In this document: positions 1 to 13,419 of the stretch, piece after piece
How the letters are laid out: the number at the start of each line of letters is the position of its first letter
Position numbering within the stretch: the first letter of the stretch is position 1
Assembly: GCF_022045235.1 (NCBI RefSeq)
Contig: NW_027266273.1
Coordinates: 16,058,001-16,122,000 of the forward strand
Reading direction: 5' to 3'
Source: Haliotis cracherodii
Taxonomy: Eukaryota
DNA length: 64,000 bases
Notes under the pieces: model-generated
Database searches by the model: none
What the model was told of the DNA's origin: nothing
Seen by the model: the letters and a program-made list of their open reading frames with translations, nothing else
Made by a program: the position numbers and the translations under genes

Positions 1-124
1 GAGTATGAATAGGCTAGCTGACACCTACACGATCCACGGCAAAGTCCAATTGAGTTTAACAGAATAATACTTCAAACACGTCAAAAGTTGAAAGGTATGA
101 ATTTAATACCATACAACGGTCCAT

Positions 125-236
125 CTTTAGAATTCACAAAATTATCGTAGGGCTAAGACATTCGCAACTCACATACTTTAACTTAGACTAATGACTGTCG
201 TTGCGCTACAATACGATCGCCTTGTGGAACGGGCCT
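125..236. mobile_element. Diverged copy of the GGGCCC-ended (PIF/Harbinger-like) MITE family
   Basis: TTCACAAAATTATCGTAGGGCTAAGA...CGATCGCCTTGTGGAACGGGCC resembles the copies at 51821 and 57518; left end eroded. Confidence 0.4.
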
Positions 237-539
237 TGTACCTCAAACTTTACAATAACGTCACAATACCCGATGACGTAATTTGTGGAATTTTGTTGCA
301 AGACCCATCGGCGAAACGATGCCTAGTGACGTCACCCTAGCAACAAGGTTGCTGGGGTCATCGAGTGTGCTTAAGCTCCTCTCAGTGATCTATCAACTCC
401 ACACGCAATGTCTTTGAATAAGCCAAGTGATGTCGAGAGCTTTCAATATTTGTTCGTGAAACGTGTTCCGAGAGTACACAAGCACGCGTTTTGGTATTAC
501 ACAATGTGTAATACAGCTGTATGTTTATTAAACGGGTGA

Positions 540-730
540 TCACCCTTTTCCATATTATTCCGAGAAAACTCTGCTAAATATCCATTGTTTGATTCTGACT
601 ATATAACGAGCATGTGTTTTACAAACCACTGTCAAATAGTGATGATACCAGGTGATCACGAAAGGCGAGTGTAAATCCTGCACCACCGGTGGCACATGCA
701 AAGGCTTGTCAATTATTCACCTGAAACAAA
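540..730 (-). mobile_element. Penelope-like element 3' UTR fragment
   Basis: Reverse complement aligns to 14040-14216 (TTTCAGGTGAA, CCACCGGTGG, CACCTGGTATCATCACT, CACATGCTC, GAAAAGGGT). Confidence 0.7.
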
Positions 731-2114
731 ATAATACTTATATGTAAAAAATCTCACATAATGATTGCACTCGTGTCCGTTTATTCATCTGAAATACATT
801 ACACTTAATGACATCTGGAAAACCATCGCACACCAGTTAACCACGTTTTGATGACGAACACCTCGGAAGAGTGCAATCCATTAATGTACATGTATTTTCT
901 GTCAGTAGAAAATGTGACAGTTATCATGTTAGAATTAGAAACTGAAGATCTGGCTTGCTTCTTGTGTGATCGCTCTTTCCTCTGAAGCAACAGTGGATAT
1001 TCGTGTTACACAATGATTGAGTGTTCGGGAAGAAACTAGATTAGGCATACTTTGTAGGGATAGGTCACATTGATTTCAATCAACCTTGTCACAGTAGCTT
1101 GATAATGTCGACGTTGCGTAAATCACTTAACGGATTTTTTCTTTCAAATAATGCACTCAATCGTATCTCTGTCGTTGAGTGATGCTTAAACGTTGATATG
1201 CCGTATGCGCTCTGATAGCTTAAAGGTCGACACGTGGGTTAGCGGTGAAGGATTGGTGTGCGGACAATCGTTTACATTACTGCCAAACATTCATAACTTC
1301 TTTTCCCCATCTTCATCTTGGAGTCATTTTCCATAGAGCGACTTAACCATGAATTATTGATGTTCTTGTTTCCAACTTCAGTTTGGGTAGCCAATACACG
1401 CAGTAATTCATCTGATCACAACACTTTGTTGACCGAAACTGTAGTGTTGCTGCACGGACATGGTAGCCTAATAGTGTTATCACCCGCCGGTTATATGATC
1501 AAATCCTATTCACTCGATTGTGACCATTGATATGCGCCCCAAACCCTTGCGATTGTGGTTGTTATAATAGCAGTTGACGTGAGAATCCAGGCTCGCAATT
1601 GCCGTTTATCAAACTGACAAGTTGACCTTGCCCTTAGTCGGACGACACAATATCTCAGCCGACCCGATCTTTTCATTTTCACTTCTTCAGAAACAGGGTG
1701 CTACAATTAACATAAGCTTCTGTAGCGACCACACTGATTATTCTATCCAAAAAGCGGACATGGTTGTAAACTGTGTGACAATATTTGTAAATGTTGATTG
1801 CACAACATTGACATCAGGGGATTGAGCTTTCGATTGTACGAACGAGATAACTGCGCCGCTCTATTAAGATCCCTGCGCTTGGATTTCCAGTTCTTAAAGT
1901 GATTCTTAAATAAAGAGGTTGATGGTTACTACAGTCAATTTTGCACACACAATACCAGGAACACTTACATTTTTAGAAAAAGCATCACATAAATCCTGAC
2001 CAGCACAAACTAATATCCAAATTAATGTTAGGAAACATCCAACTCACATGGCAACATCCTTGATATAGCGGCTGCATGGTTTGTCAAAGTAACCAGCTGG
2101 CAACGTTCCGTTAA

Positions 2115-2312
2115 GACCCGTGTTAAAATTTGCTTTAAGCAACCTTCACCTCTCGTAAGAGGCGACCAACGGGTTCATGCATGTCATCATATCCCATATG
2201 CGTAGATCGATGCTCATGATGTCAATCACTGGCTTGTCTGGTCAAGACTCGATTATTTACAGACCGTCGTCATAAACACATAGCTGGAATATTGTTGAGT
2301 GGGACATTAAAA
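2115..2312 (+). mobile_element. Family C short retroposon (no tRNA head), internally deleted
   Basis: Starts GACCCGTG; carries CGTAAGAGGCGAC, the GTCTGGTCAAGACTCGATTATTTACAGACC core and the CTGGAATATTG tail, as in copies at 55855 and 63529. Confidence 0.8.
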
Positions 2313-3348
2313 AAGAAGAAGAAAGAAACCCAGCATATATTATAACAAGTCTACAATCTCAAGCTAGGCATGGCTCTGGTGGCGTGAGTACTATGTTGAC
2401 TGGCACAATAACTGGAGGAAATAGTACGATCGATCTTGCTAAACCCACAAGCCCGGCTCCGGTGAAAAACGCTGGAATTCCAACGAAAGTGAGAGTGATA
2501 CCGATTAAAATGTGCTATTGTGATCTCTCCGTCTGCGTTTGAAAGTGAGAGATTGGCTTGGATCGAATGACAAAACTCGTGAAATTATTTATGGAAAATT
2601 CAAATGTCACAGAATAAATAGTTTTTACTGTTATTACCAACACAAAAATTTCGAATTTGCTACAGCAATCCGTTCAACTATGATATAGATCCAGGATCTT
2701 AATACTCGGCGATTTAATTTTCAAATATTTTGCTTTGCTTCACGCGGCTAAGAAATAAAGATTTCACAACGCTTAAAGTACTGTAAGGTGTATATGAAGT
2801 CGATGTACTTGTTTCTGAAAGAGGATACTTCAAGGTGACATTGATAATATATAGAATTCACTCGGCTTTTTTAATATGGGAAATATCAACAGTTGCAAAA
2901 TATAATATCGTTGTGACGTGAATATTCTATTAGCATCCTCATAAGAAAAACTTTGAGTTATGTAAGGAGAAGATGCATGAGTCTTACGTGCCCACTCACA
3001 TCATTACGAAGGGCTTCATTTCTTTCACGTTACAATAAAATGCATGCTTGTAATTATGAGACCCAAAATTTCTGGACCGAAATGAAACTTAAATATTGCT
3101 TTTTAGAAAAGTCTAAGTCTTCAATCATTTTGTTTTTGTGTGACATAATCCGCCAACGACTTATGAGGATGTAACAACTAAAAGAGAGAGAACCCGTCTG
3201 TATTTGGTATTGGCAGTTCGCCGTCAAATTAACAACATCGTGCTTTTTCTTTGACACGCTCCTTCTCTTGTTGAGCTTTCTCTTTCACAAGACAAAAAAA
3301 GGAAAAATTGCCTTGTGTGACGTGAATATTTTCACCAAGGAATTAACA

Positions 3349-3566
3349 TAAACTGCCTGGCAAAAGAAAGTATACGTCCTTGATTGATGATGGCTAAAAT
3401 GAAACAAACAAGAGGTGGTTATTCCATAGTTTATGATGTGATGATGGATTGTATAGATGTGTTTGGACAATAAGTTGACTGTGTTTCAGCCCAGTAACGT
3501 TTCGCTAACATTGGTAATTATTTGGTCAAATCTAACTGTCCATACTTTCTTTTGCCTGGCAGTTTA
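3349..3566. mobile_element. Tc1/mariner-type MITE
   Basis: Inverted termini TAAACTGCCTGGCAAAAGAAAGTAT / ATACTTTCTTTTGCCTGGCAGTTTA (1 mismatch); TA on the right flank; non-coding interior. Confidence 0.7.
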
Positions 3567-4394
3567 TATTCATGTTACATTCATATTGAAAAGGGAGCTG
3601 TGAGAATCAAGTTGGTCCTGCACATAAGTAATCAGGTACAAGTTTCATAACCTTTTCACAGTGCAATCCTGTCCGCTCAAAGTTTGCTCGATTGGATCAT
3701 TTATACCGACAAAGATTTCACATGAATATCACAGAAAAGAGGAATGTGATTCAAAACACCACATGACGGTGCGAATCAATCTTAATTTTATACCTCGTAG
3801 CCATAGCGATATGATGTAATCTAATTTAATATGTTATGAGACAGTGTGCTAAAAGAAATTTATAGCTGAACAGCCAGACGATAATTGGAAGCTTAAATTA
3901 AAATCATATTCAAATGTAGTTTTTAAAACTATCATTACCTCACTCATGCATACATAACAGAAGCGTTTTATGTATAGATTCCTTGTATTTTATTTTATAT
4001 GTTATTTATGTTTGTTTTTTTAATCGAATTTGGTTTTATATATAATCCTTGACATAAATTTGTCGATGAAACATGATCGATGCGTGAGTGGACTGTATAC
4101 AGTGATTATGTTGTATTGCACGTGTAGATGAAATGGTTCAATAATGTGGTTGCTGAACTAATAGGCGAGAGAAAGTATAAAGCCATGCTTGATGAAGGTT
4201 ACAAATAAAAACATTAACAAGAAATAGTTATTTGATGGTGATATATTTGAGACTGTAACGGTTTTCGACCTTAGTTTGCATTGTTTCGGCGACTGTTTTC
4301 ACCCTTGTAGCGTTTTGATAACGTTTGTAAACGTTTGGTCAAATCCATGTATTTGTGTGTATTGCAGTATACTCTCTTTTGCACCTTATATTTA

Positions 4395-4465
<71 letters not shown>
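4395..4465. repeat. (GT)n microsatellite, imperfect
   Basis: Direct reading. Confidence 0.98.
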
Positions 4466-4868
4466 ATCTTACAGCTAACACAAAGGGAAGCAACTTCATC
4501 GTGCAGCTTTTTCTTTTACTGAGACAAACTAGGCAATGTGATTTGACGTGCATATTTCTAATTTTGGTTTGGAACAGGTGGCGATGGTGTGGGTCTGCTC
4601 ATTGAACATGGTATCTTTATCATGGTGTACGGATCAGTAAGCATTTGTCTTTCTTTCTCAGCTCCCTGGGAATGAGATGACCCCTGACTGTACAGGAGCT
4701 TCCGCTAAGTATATTTCAAAAGCCAATACAATGTTATGCTGTGTTATAGGAAACGTTCAAAACCATCAAAATGTCTTGATATACGGTATTTACATTCGAC
4801 GTGCATCATCTTTCATCTCAAAGTCATTTCGACTTCCCGCTTACCCCAAAGAAAAGCCAGTTATATGT

Positions 4869-4871
<3 letters not shown>

Positions 4872-4930
<59 letters not shown>
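4872..4930. repeat. (CT)n microsatellite
   Basis: Direct reading. Confidence 0.98.
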
Positions 4931-4934
<4 letters not shown>

Positions 4935-5021
4935 TTGAGCTGTATTAAGATAACAATATGAATAATGTTTTCTTATAGCCATAACATATTCAGTCAAGGC
5001 ACATGGTCTCCAAATATATAC

Positions 5022-5790
5022 ACATCCAACTTTGAGAGACATTAGTCTGTGTCGAGTAACCCACCCAACAAATTAGCCTTTCTGACTTATTCCACCCAAC
5101 ATTGAAAGACAATAGTGTTCCTTGGGTATTACACTCGACTTTAAAAGGCACTAGACCTTGTAGAGTATCACACCCAAATCTGAAAGACATGTTCCTGGAG
5201 TAGTACACCCGACTTTGACAGACATTAGCCCTTGTGGAATATTACACACAACTTTGAAAGACATTAACTCTCGTGGAATGTTACACCCAACTTTGACAGA
5301 CATTAGCCCTTGTGGAATATTACACCCAACTTTGACAGACATTAGCCCTTGTGGAATATTACACCCAACTTTGAAAGACATTAACTTTTGTGGAATGTTA
5401 CACCCAACTTTGAAAGACATTAACTTTTGTGGAATGTTACACCCAACTTTGAAAGACATTAAGTCTTGTGGAATGTTACACCCGACTTTGAAAGACATTA
5501 GTCCTTGTGGAGTATTACACCCAACTTTGAAAGACATTAACTCTTGTGGAATGTTACACCCAACTTTGAAAGACATTAACTCTTGTGGAATGTTACACCC
5601 GACTTTGAAAGACATTAGTCCTTGTGGAGTATTACACCCAACTTTGAAAGTCATTAACTCTTGTGGAGTATTGCACCCAAATTTGAAAGACATTAGTCTT
5701 TGTGGAGTACTTCACCCAACCTTGAAAGTCGTTAGTGTTCCTGGAGTATTACAGCCAACTTAGAATGATATTAGTCTGTGTGGACTATTC
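5022..5790. repeat. 39-bp minisatellite, ~20 copies
   Basis: Unit CACCCAACTTTGAAAGACATTAACTCTTGTGGAATGTTA; homogeneous centre, degenerate edges; source of ORFs 5151..5693 and 5215..5763. Confidence 0.95.
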
Positions 5791-6570
5791 CACTAGTTGC
5801 CTGCTGATTCTTAGTCTCCTGAGTCGACTTCGTTACACCTTCATTGAAAGATCAATATGCCAGCACTGCAGTAGGGAGCTTCTGCCCGTGTATATTCAGG
5901 AAGACTATTCCCTACAGCTTAGTACGTTCATACTGAAATCCGGATGCAATTTCGGAAATGACCTTAATTATATTCAGGCGGAAGCACACCACAGAGCGGT
6001 ATGACACTGACTATACGGATTGCCTTGGCCCATTCTGTTGATCATTACTATGATTATACACGTACAACTCTCATGATCTTGTGTTATTGTCACAATTTCA
6101 AATAGTTATCAACATAAGATAATATCTTCCTGATTTGCATAATAGATATTAAATAGTTGATACATCTTCTCAGTTCAGAAAACCCTGACGTGTTGCTATT
6201 TTCTTAAAATATGTGTTTGATATCAGAAGAAAATGTTTCACAAATTCACGTAACTTACATTTATACGTGTATGTAAGAAAATCTATACCATAGACCGACA
6301 ACATGACCTTAAAGACTGAATAATGTAGATGTATAAGTTACCATTTGGTGGTACATGTTCGTACAGCCACCATTTCCCATGAAAGTATATATATATATAC
6401 ACAGATTTGAATACACTTTCCTTATATCATTTTGCAACTATGAGTTTCACGCACCCATGGTATTGCGTACGATCATCAGGCATAATGAAACATGGTTTTT
6501 AGTTTGACCCTTTCTTTTTTGCTCGGCTTGGGGGTGTTGAGGTCACCCTCTTCTGCAATTAGATCATACT

Positions 6571-6573
<3 letters not shown>

Positions 6574-6635
<62 letters not shown>
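6574..6635. repeat. (AC)n microsatellite
   Basis: Direct reading. Confidence 0.98.
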
Positions 6636-6638
<3 letters not shown>

Positions 6639-6702
6639 TGCACGTGCCCCAAGGGGAGAACAAGTCGCCAGGTGTTCGAGGAAGTGGTGCTCCGCTTCAG
6701 AT

Positions 6703-6795
6703 TTATGATGTCAATCACTGGATTGTCTGGTCCAGATTCCGTTATATAGGTGGTATGTTGATGAGTGCGGCGTAAACAACAACCAAACAAACAAA
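6703..6795 (+). mobile_element. Family C 3' fragment
   Basis: ATGATGTCAATCACTGGATTGTCTGGTCCAGA...GAGTGCGGCGTAAACAACAACCAAAC. Confidence 0.7.
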
Positions 6796-6884
6796 ATCAC
6801 TGCTATTATGATCGTCCATTTATGTCAGCAGTGACACCCCTCAATATCGATATTTTAAGAAGTTAATGTCAAACCGTTATAGTG

Positions 6885-7080
6885 TGACAAGAGTCCTTAT
6901 TATTACGACTTTCGGAACGCAATAACAATCGCCGTTAATGTTACAGCTATTGTAACTCCATAGCAATCGCCTTAAAAGTTTCGACTATCTAACACAGTGA
7001 CAGTCGTCGTTATTGTTTCGGCTATTGTAACTCAATGACAATCGTCGTTATTGCTTCGGCTATCGTAAGTCATCGACAAG
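6885..7080. repeat. Degenerate ~39-bp minisatellite, ~5 copies
   Basis: Recurring GACAATCGTCGTTATTGTTTCGGCTATTGTAACTCAAT-like unit; unrelated in sequence to the 5022 array. Confidence 0.75.
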
Positions 7081-9388
7081 AATAATCATTGACAGTTAAA
7101 ACAAATTGTGATTTTGAATACATACCCTCGGTTCCAATACAAATGTGTATTGCTGTCATTTGTATTTTACAGTTAAAAGTTAATATTTTCTAACAAAGGC
7201 AGCACCCGTTTATATAACATAAGGGGAAGACATCACTATGTCCGTGTGTTATTGTATGGAAAGCTATATACACATATACAGATGTGTAAATAGTCAGGCT
7301 GAGAAGCAATCCATCTAACAGCTGCCGTGTCTTCATTTAACAGCGGTATTGCAAAGTAACAAAGTGCAGCTGTATGTAAGTGTTCTAGTATTTAAATGTT
7401 GATGTCTTGAACCATAAACTTATCAAATATCTCCTATTTGTGTATTTGAATAGTTTGATTTTGGAAGTAATCGTCACGGTGGCAGCAACTACCCTTCTGT
7501 TCTTGCAAATGTCCTGTCCAGGGGGCATATCTCATGCCATGAGAGATAAGTAAGTAAGCATCTGTTCTTTAACTTCTGACTGATATACAAGTATGAACGC
7601 CCCAAGGCATTGATGGTTTTATTTTCTAAAAGCTTTTTTGAGGAGACATACTCACTTGTTTTTAGTACCGATGGAAGGGAATAGTATAATCTTACTACCA
7701 CTATATTTTAATGTGTTCATGCAGCATTTATCCACTTTCAAGCCTCTACTAAAACGAGCAGATTACATTAAACATCTTGCTAACACATAACGGTATGCTT
7801 CGTTCCATAACACGCAATATAAGAGCACATTTAATCACAATACAGACACGGACGTACTGATACCACTTGACGTGCACCACCTTTAATGCTCAAGATTTTG
7901 TTTAAGTGTTGCCTCGCTGGTCTGCAGGCACAAGGGTTATGAGTCTACGTCAGCGACTGATGTGGAGGTAGTGGCTCCATGTGCCCAGAACCCTTCTTGA
8001 CCTGAAGCAACTGATGTTTTCTGAATCTTGCACCCAGGCGTAGTAATGGCGCCACATTGGGGTCACTTACCTTAATTTCTTTGATTTGATGTGTGTTTGT
8101 CTGGAGGGGATATCTGCGTGAGGGACATCGTGTAGACAGACATTGTTAGCACAGTTGATTTAATTCAAACATGATCCTGTAGATTCAAGGGTCAGTGGCG
8201 AGTACCGAAGAATTCATTCATTCGTGTCTCGTTATAGCTTGAGAGGGAATAAAAAAAAATCACATTGAAACCATGCCTTCTTTATGATGCATGATTACAT
8301 AGGAAAAGAAGACGATCTTGCAACAAAGTTAATGAACCCCTTCTGTCTGAGACACCTTAAACAAAGTTAGGCCTGATTTTGGAATCAATGTGAAGCTCAA
8401 AGACCAGTGGTTCTTCTGACGTACCGTTACTGCAAACACGATGGTTGATCTGGCCGACCTTTGTACTCTCCTTCTGTACAGATCTTCCTGTACATGACTC
8501 TCTGTGCAAATATACTAACGACGCTGATGACACGGTACCTTCAAGATTTCAGGTAATGAAACGCATTGTTTTCTTTGAAGTGCCTTTCCTGATGGGTGGA
8601 ACGATTGGTAACACAGTAATGATAATGTATCTGTTGGTACTACGCCGTCTATACAATCAGGAGGTTTATCCGAGGGATTACAAACAGTAATAAACATTCA
8701 TGTGACTGCACTCGATGGGAAAACATGGTCTGATGAAATGTCCTTTAATAAAAGTGGGTTACTTCTGTCATTAAAGGGTATTTGAAAGCATTGTGACCTT
8801 TTATAAAATCAAAAATTTCAATTACCTTTTTGCCCAGTGTATGTTTCGGCAAAAAACCGAAGGCGTTGACGTTTCATATTTATGTTTATTTCTTCCCTAG
8901 CCCCTTTCTCTATTTTCCGGGTCACTGGCAGCGTTGTTATGGTCATGTGTAGTCTTGTCACTGTATTAACAGACCGATACATGCTTTTCGGACGTCCTTG
9001 ATTATTCAGAGAAACATATTCAGAGAAATAAATATTAAGACACAGTTACATGTGTACATTCGTATCACATGTCACATGCATTTTTTAACAGACACTACTG
9101 TGCCGCGCCACATATACAGATATGACCAGAGCATGTTACTGATGATGTCCTGTACTTCTTAATTATCTTTATTCATTATACATACTTATGAAGCTTGTTA
9201 ATTACATGGACATGTCAAGGTTGTGATTATCAGACATATTGACGTTGATGTAGGCGCTAAGTATCGGAAATCAATAGTAGCCTTTATAAAGGCAGGGTTG
9301 GTGCACATCCGTAGTAATCAATTTGTGAATGTCTGCTGAATCACACTCTTCTTCTTGAGAGTATATAGGTTCTGTAGTCTGTACTGAA

Positions 9389-9391
<3 letters not shown>

Positions 9392-9465
<74 letters not shown>
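9392..9465. repeat. (AT)n microsatellite
   Basis: Direct reading. Confidence 0.98.
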
Positions 9466-9468
<3 letters not shown>

Positions 9469-10316
9469 GATACATATGTACCATACTATATTAACTATAA
9501 TTACACATCCATTTTACAGTAACGCTTTTATAGAGTCCGATTCTGATTTCTGCCGGCCTTCACAAACGTCGTCAAAGTGCAGCTGCAGATTGTAGAAAAA
9601 ACATGATATCCTCATATTTGTCTACCTCAAAGTTATCAAACCCTTAAGGTATACCAACGTCATCGTATACCACTGCATTATGCAAAGTGTTCGAAAGGGC
9701 AAGACTGTGGGCAAATGTTGTGAAGCATAATAATTATAGCACAGAACATGTGTCGACTTCACAAGGATTCGAGGTAATTTAGAATCTGTAACATGGGAAT
9801 ATAAAAATGTGTAATTAAATTAATATTACTATACCTTATAACTAATTCATTAATATGACCACAAAGCGGTAATGATACTTGGTGTACACGGGGTGGGTTA
9901 TGAGAGACAACCAGACTGCTACGATGAAAAGTTACAATCAATAATTGCTAAACGAACGTAACTAGTGTCTCGTTAAGATGAAGTTAAGTTTTAATACTGA
10001 TATGGTACATAGAAAATGTATTTAGTTGAGAGGAATGAACCAAAACACGTTAGAGGGTTATTATTCCTGGCATGTATTTAAATGGTATTCAAAACAGTCG
10101 CTAGCTCTCATCACATTCTATTTCCTTGCCGTCAGAGAACGAAATCGTCAAATACGAAAAATATAGGCATGAACCGCATGGGGACGCATGTACCATACGT
10201 TTTACTTTGTTTTCACTCTAGCGTAACTACGGATTATCCAACACGAGAGCATTCTCCGATTTGACATTCCCCTTTGGTCGCATACTGCGTCCTAATTATT
10301 TTCTCTAGATATTTCT

Positions 10317-10492
10317 GGGGCGGTGGGGTAGCCTAGTGGTTAAAGCGTTCGATAGTTACGCCCCAGACCCAGGTTCGATTCCCGACATGGGGACAATGAG
10401 TGAAGCACATATCGGGTGCCCCCCCCCCGCCGTCTTGATATTACTTGAATATTTCTAAAAGCGGCGTAAAACCATACTCACACACTCACTCA
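10317..10492 (+). mobile_element. Family A tRNA-derived SINE, full length
   Basis: A box TAGCCTAGTGG, B box GGTTCGATTCC, (ACTC)n tail; 10-bp TSD AGATATTTCT at 10307 and 10493. Confidence 0.92.
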
Positions 10493-13419
10493 AGATATTT
10501 CTCCGGATTCCGGAATTCTCTCTCTCTCATAACCATGATTAGGGTAGACAGCATCAATCCCACACGCGGGCTGTTTCTCGAAACACTCACAGCTTTAGCA
10601 CATAACTAGGATGAAATGCCAGTAAACAGATCGATTCCTAAGCCACGAGTGCCTTTAACGATAGTGTATGTCTCCATACTACACTTCAGACTGTGAACAA
10701 AATGAAACCCGAAGAAGTTCTTATTGTTCTTGTCCATACACAATGTGTTCACACACAAGCTGTCACAACACTAACTCATGGGTCAGTGCACATACCACAA
10801 CCAAATAAGTGAGCGAAAATAATCATGTATATCAGTTCGTTGGGAAAACGGATTGAGAACATAATCAACATGTAGTTATCACCATATTCCAAACTGAAAC
10901 CAATTAGAATTCTAAATTGTGTTCGGAGGCAGTACACACATTGAATTCCAAAAGTGTACGCAATTGGCTAGAAAGCACGTGCAGTAAACAAACTTGTGAA
11001 AATTCCAACAACTGGTGACATTTGTTTGATATATCCTGAATAATTCGTTACTCGCGAAACATTGTCCGCCATTTTGAATTCCCTCAAAATGCATACTATA
11101 TCATTATCGGTAAGGTGTGCAAAACCTTTGCTTGAATAGATACACCCCATGTATGTTTAAACAACAATATGTTTTGAAAGAACACGTGTACGAGAAAATG
11201 GACGTTGCGTCAGTGTCATAAACACACTTAATGATGAAATAATACCTATTTTCTTCACTTATTATTACTTTAGAGAGTAAAAATATCCATCATAAAACAT
11301 CTTCCACACATTAGTCTCTCCTCATTATGATCGTGTATGCTGGACACAATATATTATTTCAAATACAGTTTAAGTGCCCTCGAGAAATGACATTGGTGTT
11401 TAGCAGGAAGACAAAAAATATTTGTGATAACATCAATATTCAGAGGAATTGGATTTGGGTGTCATTTAGATGAATAAGCCTCGTTACCTTTTTGAAAGTG
11501 TTTCACCTAATGTATTGAATAAAAAAATGAGTCAGCATGATATTAATTGGGGCTGTTGAGATTGCACGTCCTCATCCTGATTGTCCTCAGGAGACATAAC
11601 GCCATGTTGCCAATTCTACTGCATTTGTTTTGCATTCACAGCGTGACATTTCCACATATGACATTCTGTCTGTTTGACATGCTTGTTAACTTTGCTGACA
11701 GGTTTCACTGTCCTGTCTGTTTGCCATGAAATTAAATAACACATAAAAACTTACTCTCCGCCACGAAAAACACATACTTTATCTTTAAAAAATATGTATG
11801 TTCTGATAGGACGTCCACGTTCAGTCTCTTGTGAAGGACAATCGCTGTAATACTATATTTTGGGATTTCACATTTTAATCTATAAATCAGTCGTCTCAGG
11901 ACCGATACGTTTATAATGGATACATAATATATATATCAACGCCCTTAAAAACTAAATCGAAGAGCTTCGTGAACATGTGATGAGGTCGGGGGTAATTTGT
12001 AGCTCAACGAATACGCCCACCATTACCCATTTTGTTTTAAAGGAATAGGATCCACAGGTCCGCGGATCCTCGGTTTTGAAGCACAGTAGTCGTGCTCGAG
12101 GATTTCATTAAGTTCTAAATGTGAACGCTATTCCTTGATCTTCTCACTTTCCTCAAGCAGACATCGTGTGATATTACTACATGTATGCATAACAGTGTTT
12201 AATCAAACTCATGCATTTATTTCAGAGGCAACTCAAACAGCTGTCTGTCGGCTATCTCGTGGCTTCTGATCTCTTTTACAATAAGGACCTTTAGTTTCCT
12301 TTTACCAATCATATTGAACTTAAATCGATTACACTTGACACAACAATTCAGTTGAAAGCAAATATTCAAATGTTGTAGAGGTAATTACAAACCTTTTCGC
12401 ACTGCAAACTTCGAGAACGTCGACTAAATGCTTTATAAGAGTGGTTGGTACAGATACGCAGCTGGGGTTCTCTGGACAATGACCTTGTTAGAAGAGACAC
12501 CATGTGTGCAACTGGTCAAGTGCCAGCAGTCTAGTGGGTTCAGGAAGCTGGTCTGACCAAATTATCTGTTGTAAAACAGGAATGACAAGACAATGTGTAA
12601 TGCATTTGGGAAACGTTGGGGTTCGTTTGTAAAGGCACACTAAATTTACGTTTCTGTTTGTTTTCAAGACACACATAGTTAGTTAGTGATAATGTGCTGG
12701 TCAAACTTGTGACAAACACAACTTTGATCGGCAGTTGCCAGATACTGAATATAACGCTACCGTCGTCACTGATAGCCTGAATGCAATGTTATCACAGTTT
12801 TAAGCAATCCGAGCCTGTTATCGGAACACGCATTCTGCGTTTAATGGTAACACGGCTATCATTTACTAGGTACGGAATTTGATGTTTTCACATCTTTGTA
12901 TAGATTGCGTAAACGATCGAGCCATCACTGACAGTCACTGACTTCCAGTGCAGCTGAACCTTCAACGAGTTGTGAGTAGAACATTCTGTAATCTAATTAT
13001 AAATAGATAAGTTTGTAATAATGCTAAGACTGGCAGTGCACCGCAATTATTGTTAATCAGTTTCACACTCCATAAGAACATATTGCAAAGTCTTCCCGTC
13101 ATGTTATCAGAATCCAGAGAAATAGGGTACACTGGTGTCTGTAATTATTTATATTTAAAAAAAACTATAGCCAGCAGGACGACACATCGCATTGATCATG
13201 TTATGTTTAAAAAAATGAATAAAAAATAAGAAAGATTGAATCATTCCTTACGATATGGCATAAGGAAAACAGCTAAAGAAATGAGATTCTTTGACAAAAA
13301 AATCCATTGCCGACATATTACTGAATGCTGTCAGGAACGTATTAGATGCCTAAAAGCTCAAGGCTGAAATCATGTTCTGTTTTTGTTGAAGGTGACATGT
13401 CGAAGAGTTCATTTGCAGA

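Noticed and set aside
1030-1900. Coding-like composition on the minus strand
   Set aside because: Stops in all frames and no motif I could assign.
4276-5042. ORFs with CV, SL or ER dipeptide runs (also 6476-6790 and the poly-Y at 54450)
   Set aside because: Microsatellite read-through artefacts.
12392-12565. Minus-strand exon-like segment (TTTTACAACAG / AAG|GTTTGT)
   Set aside because: All three frames contain stops; cannot be supported without RNA data.
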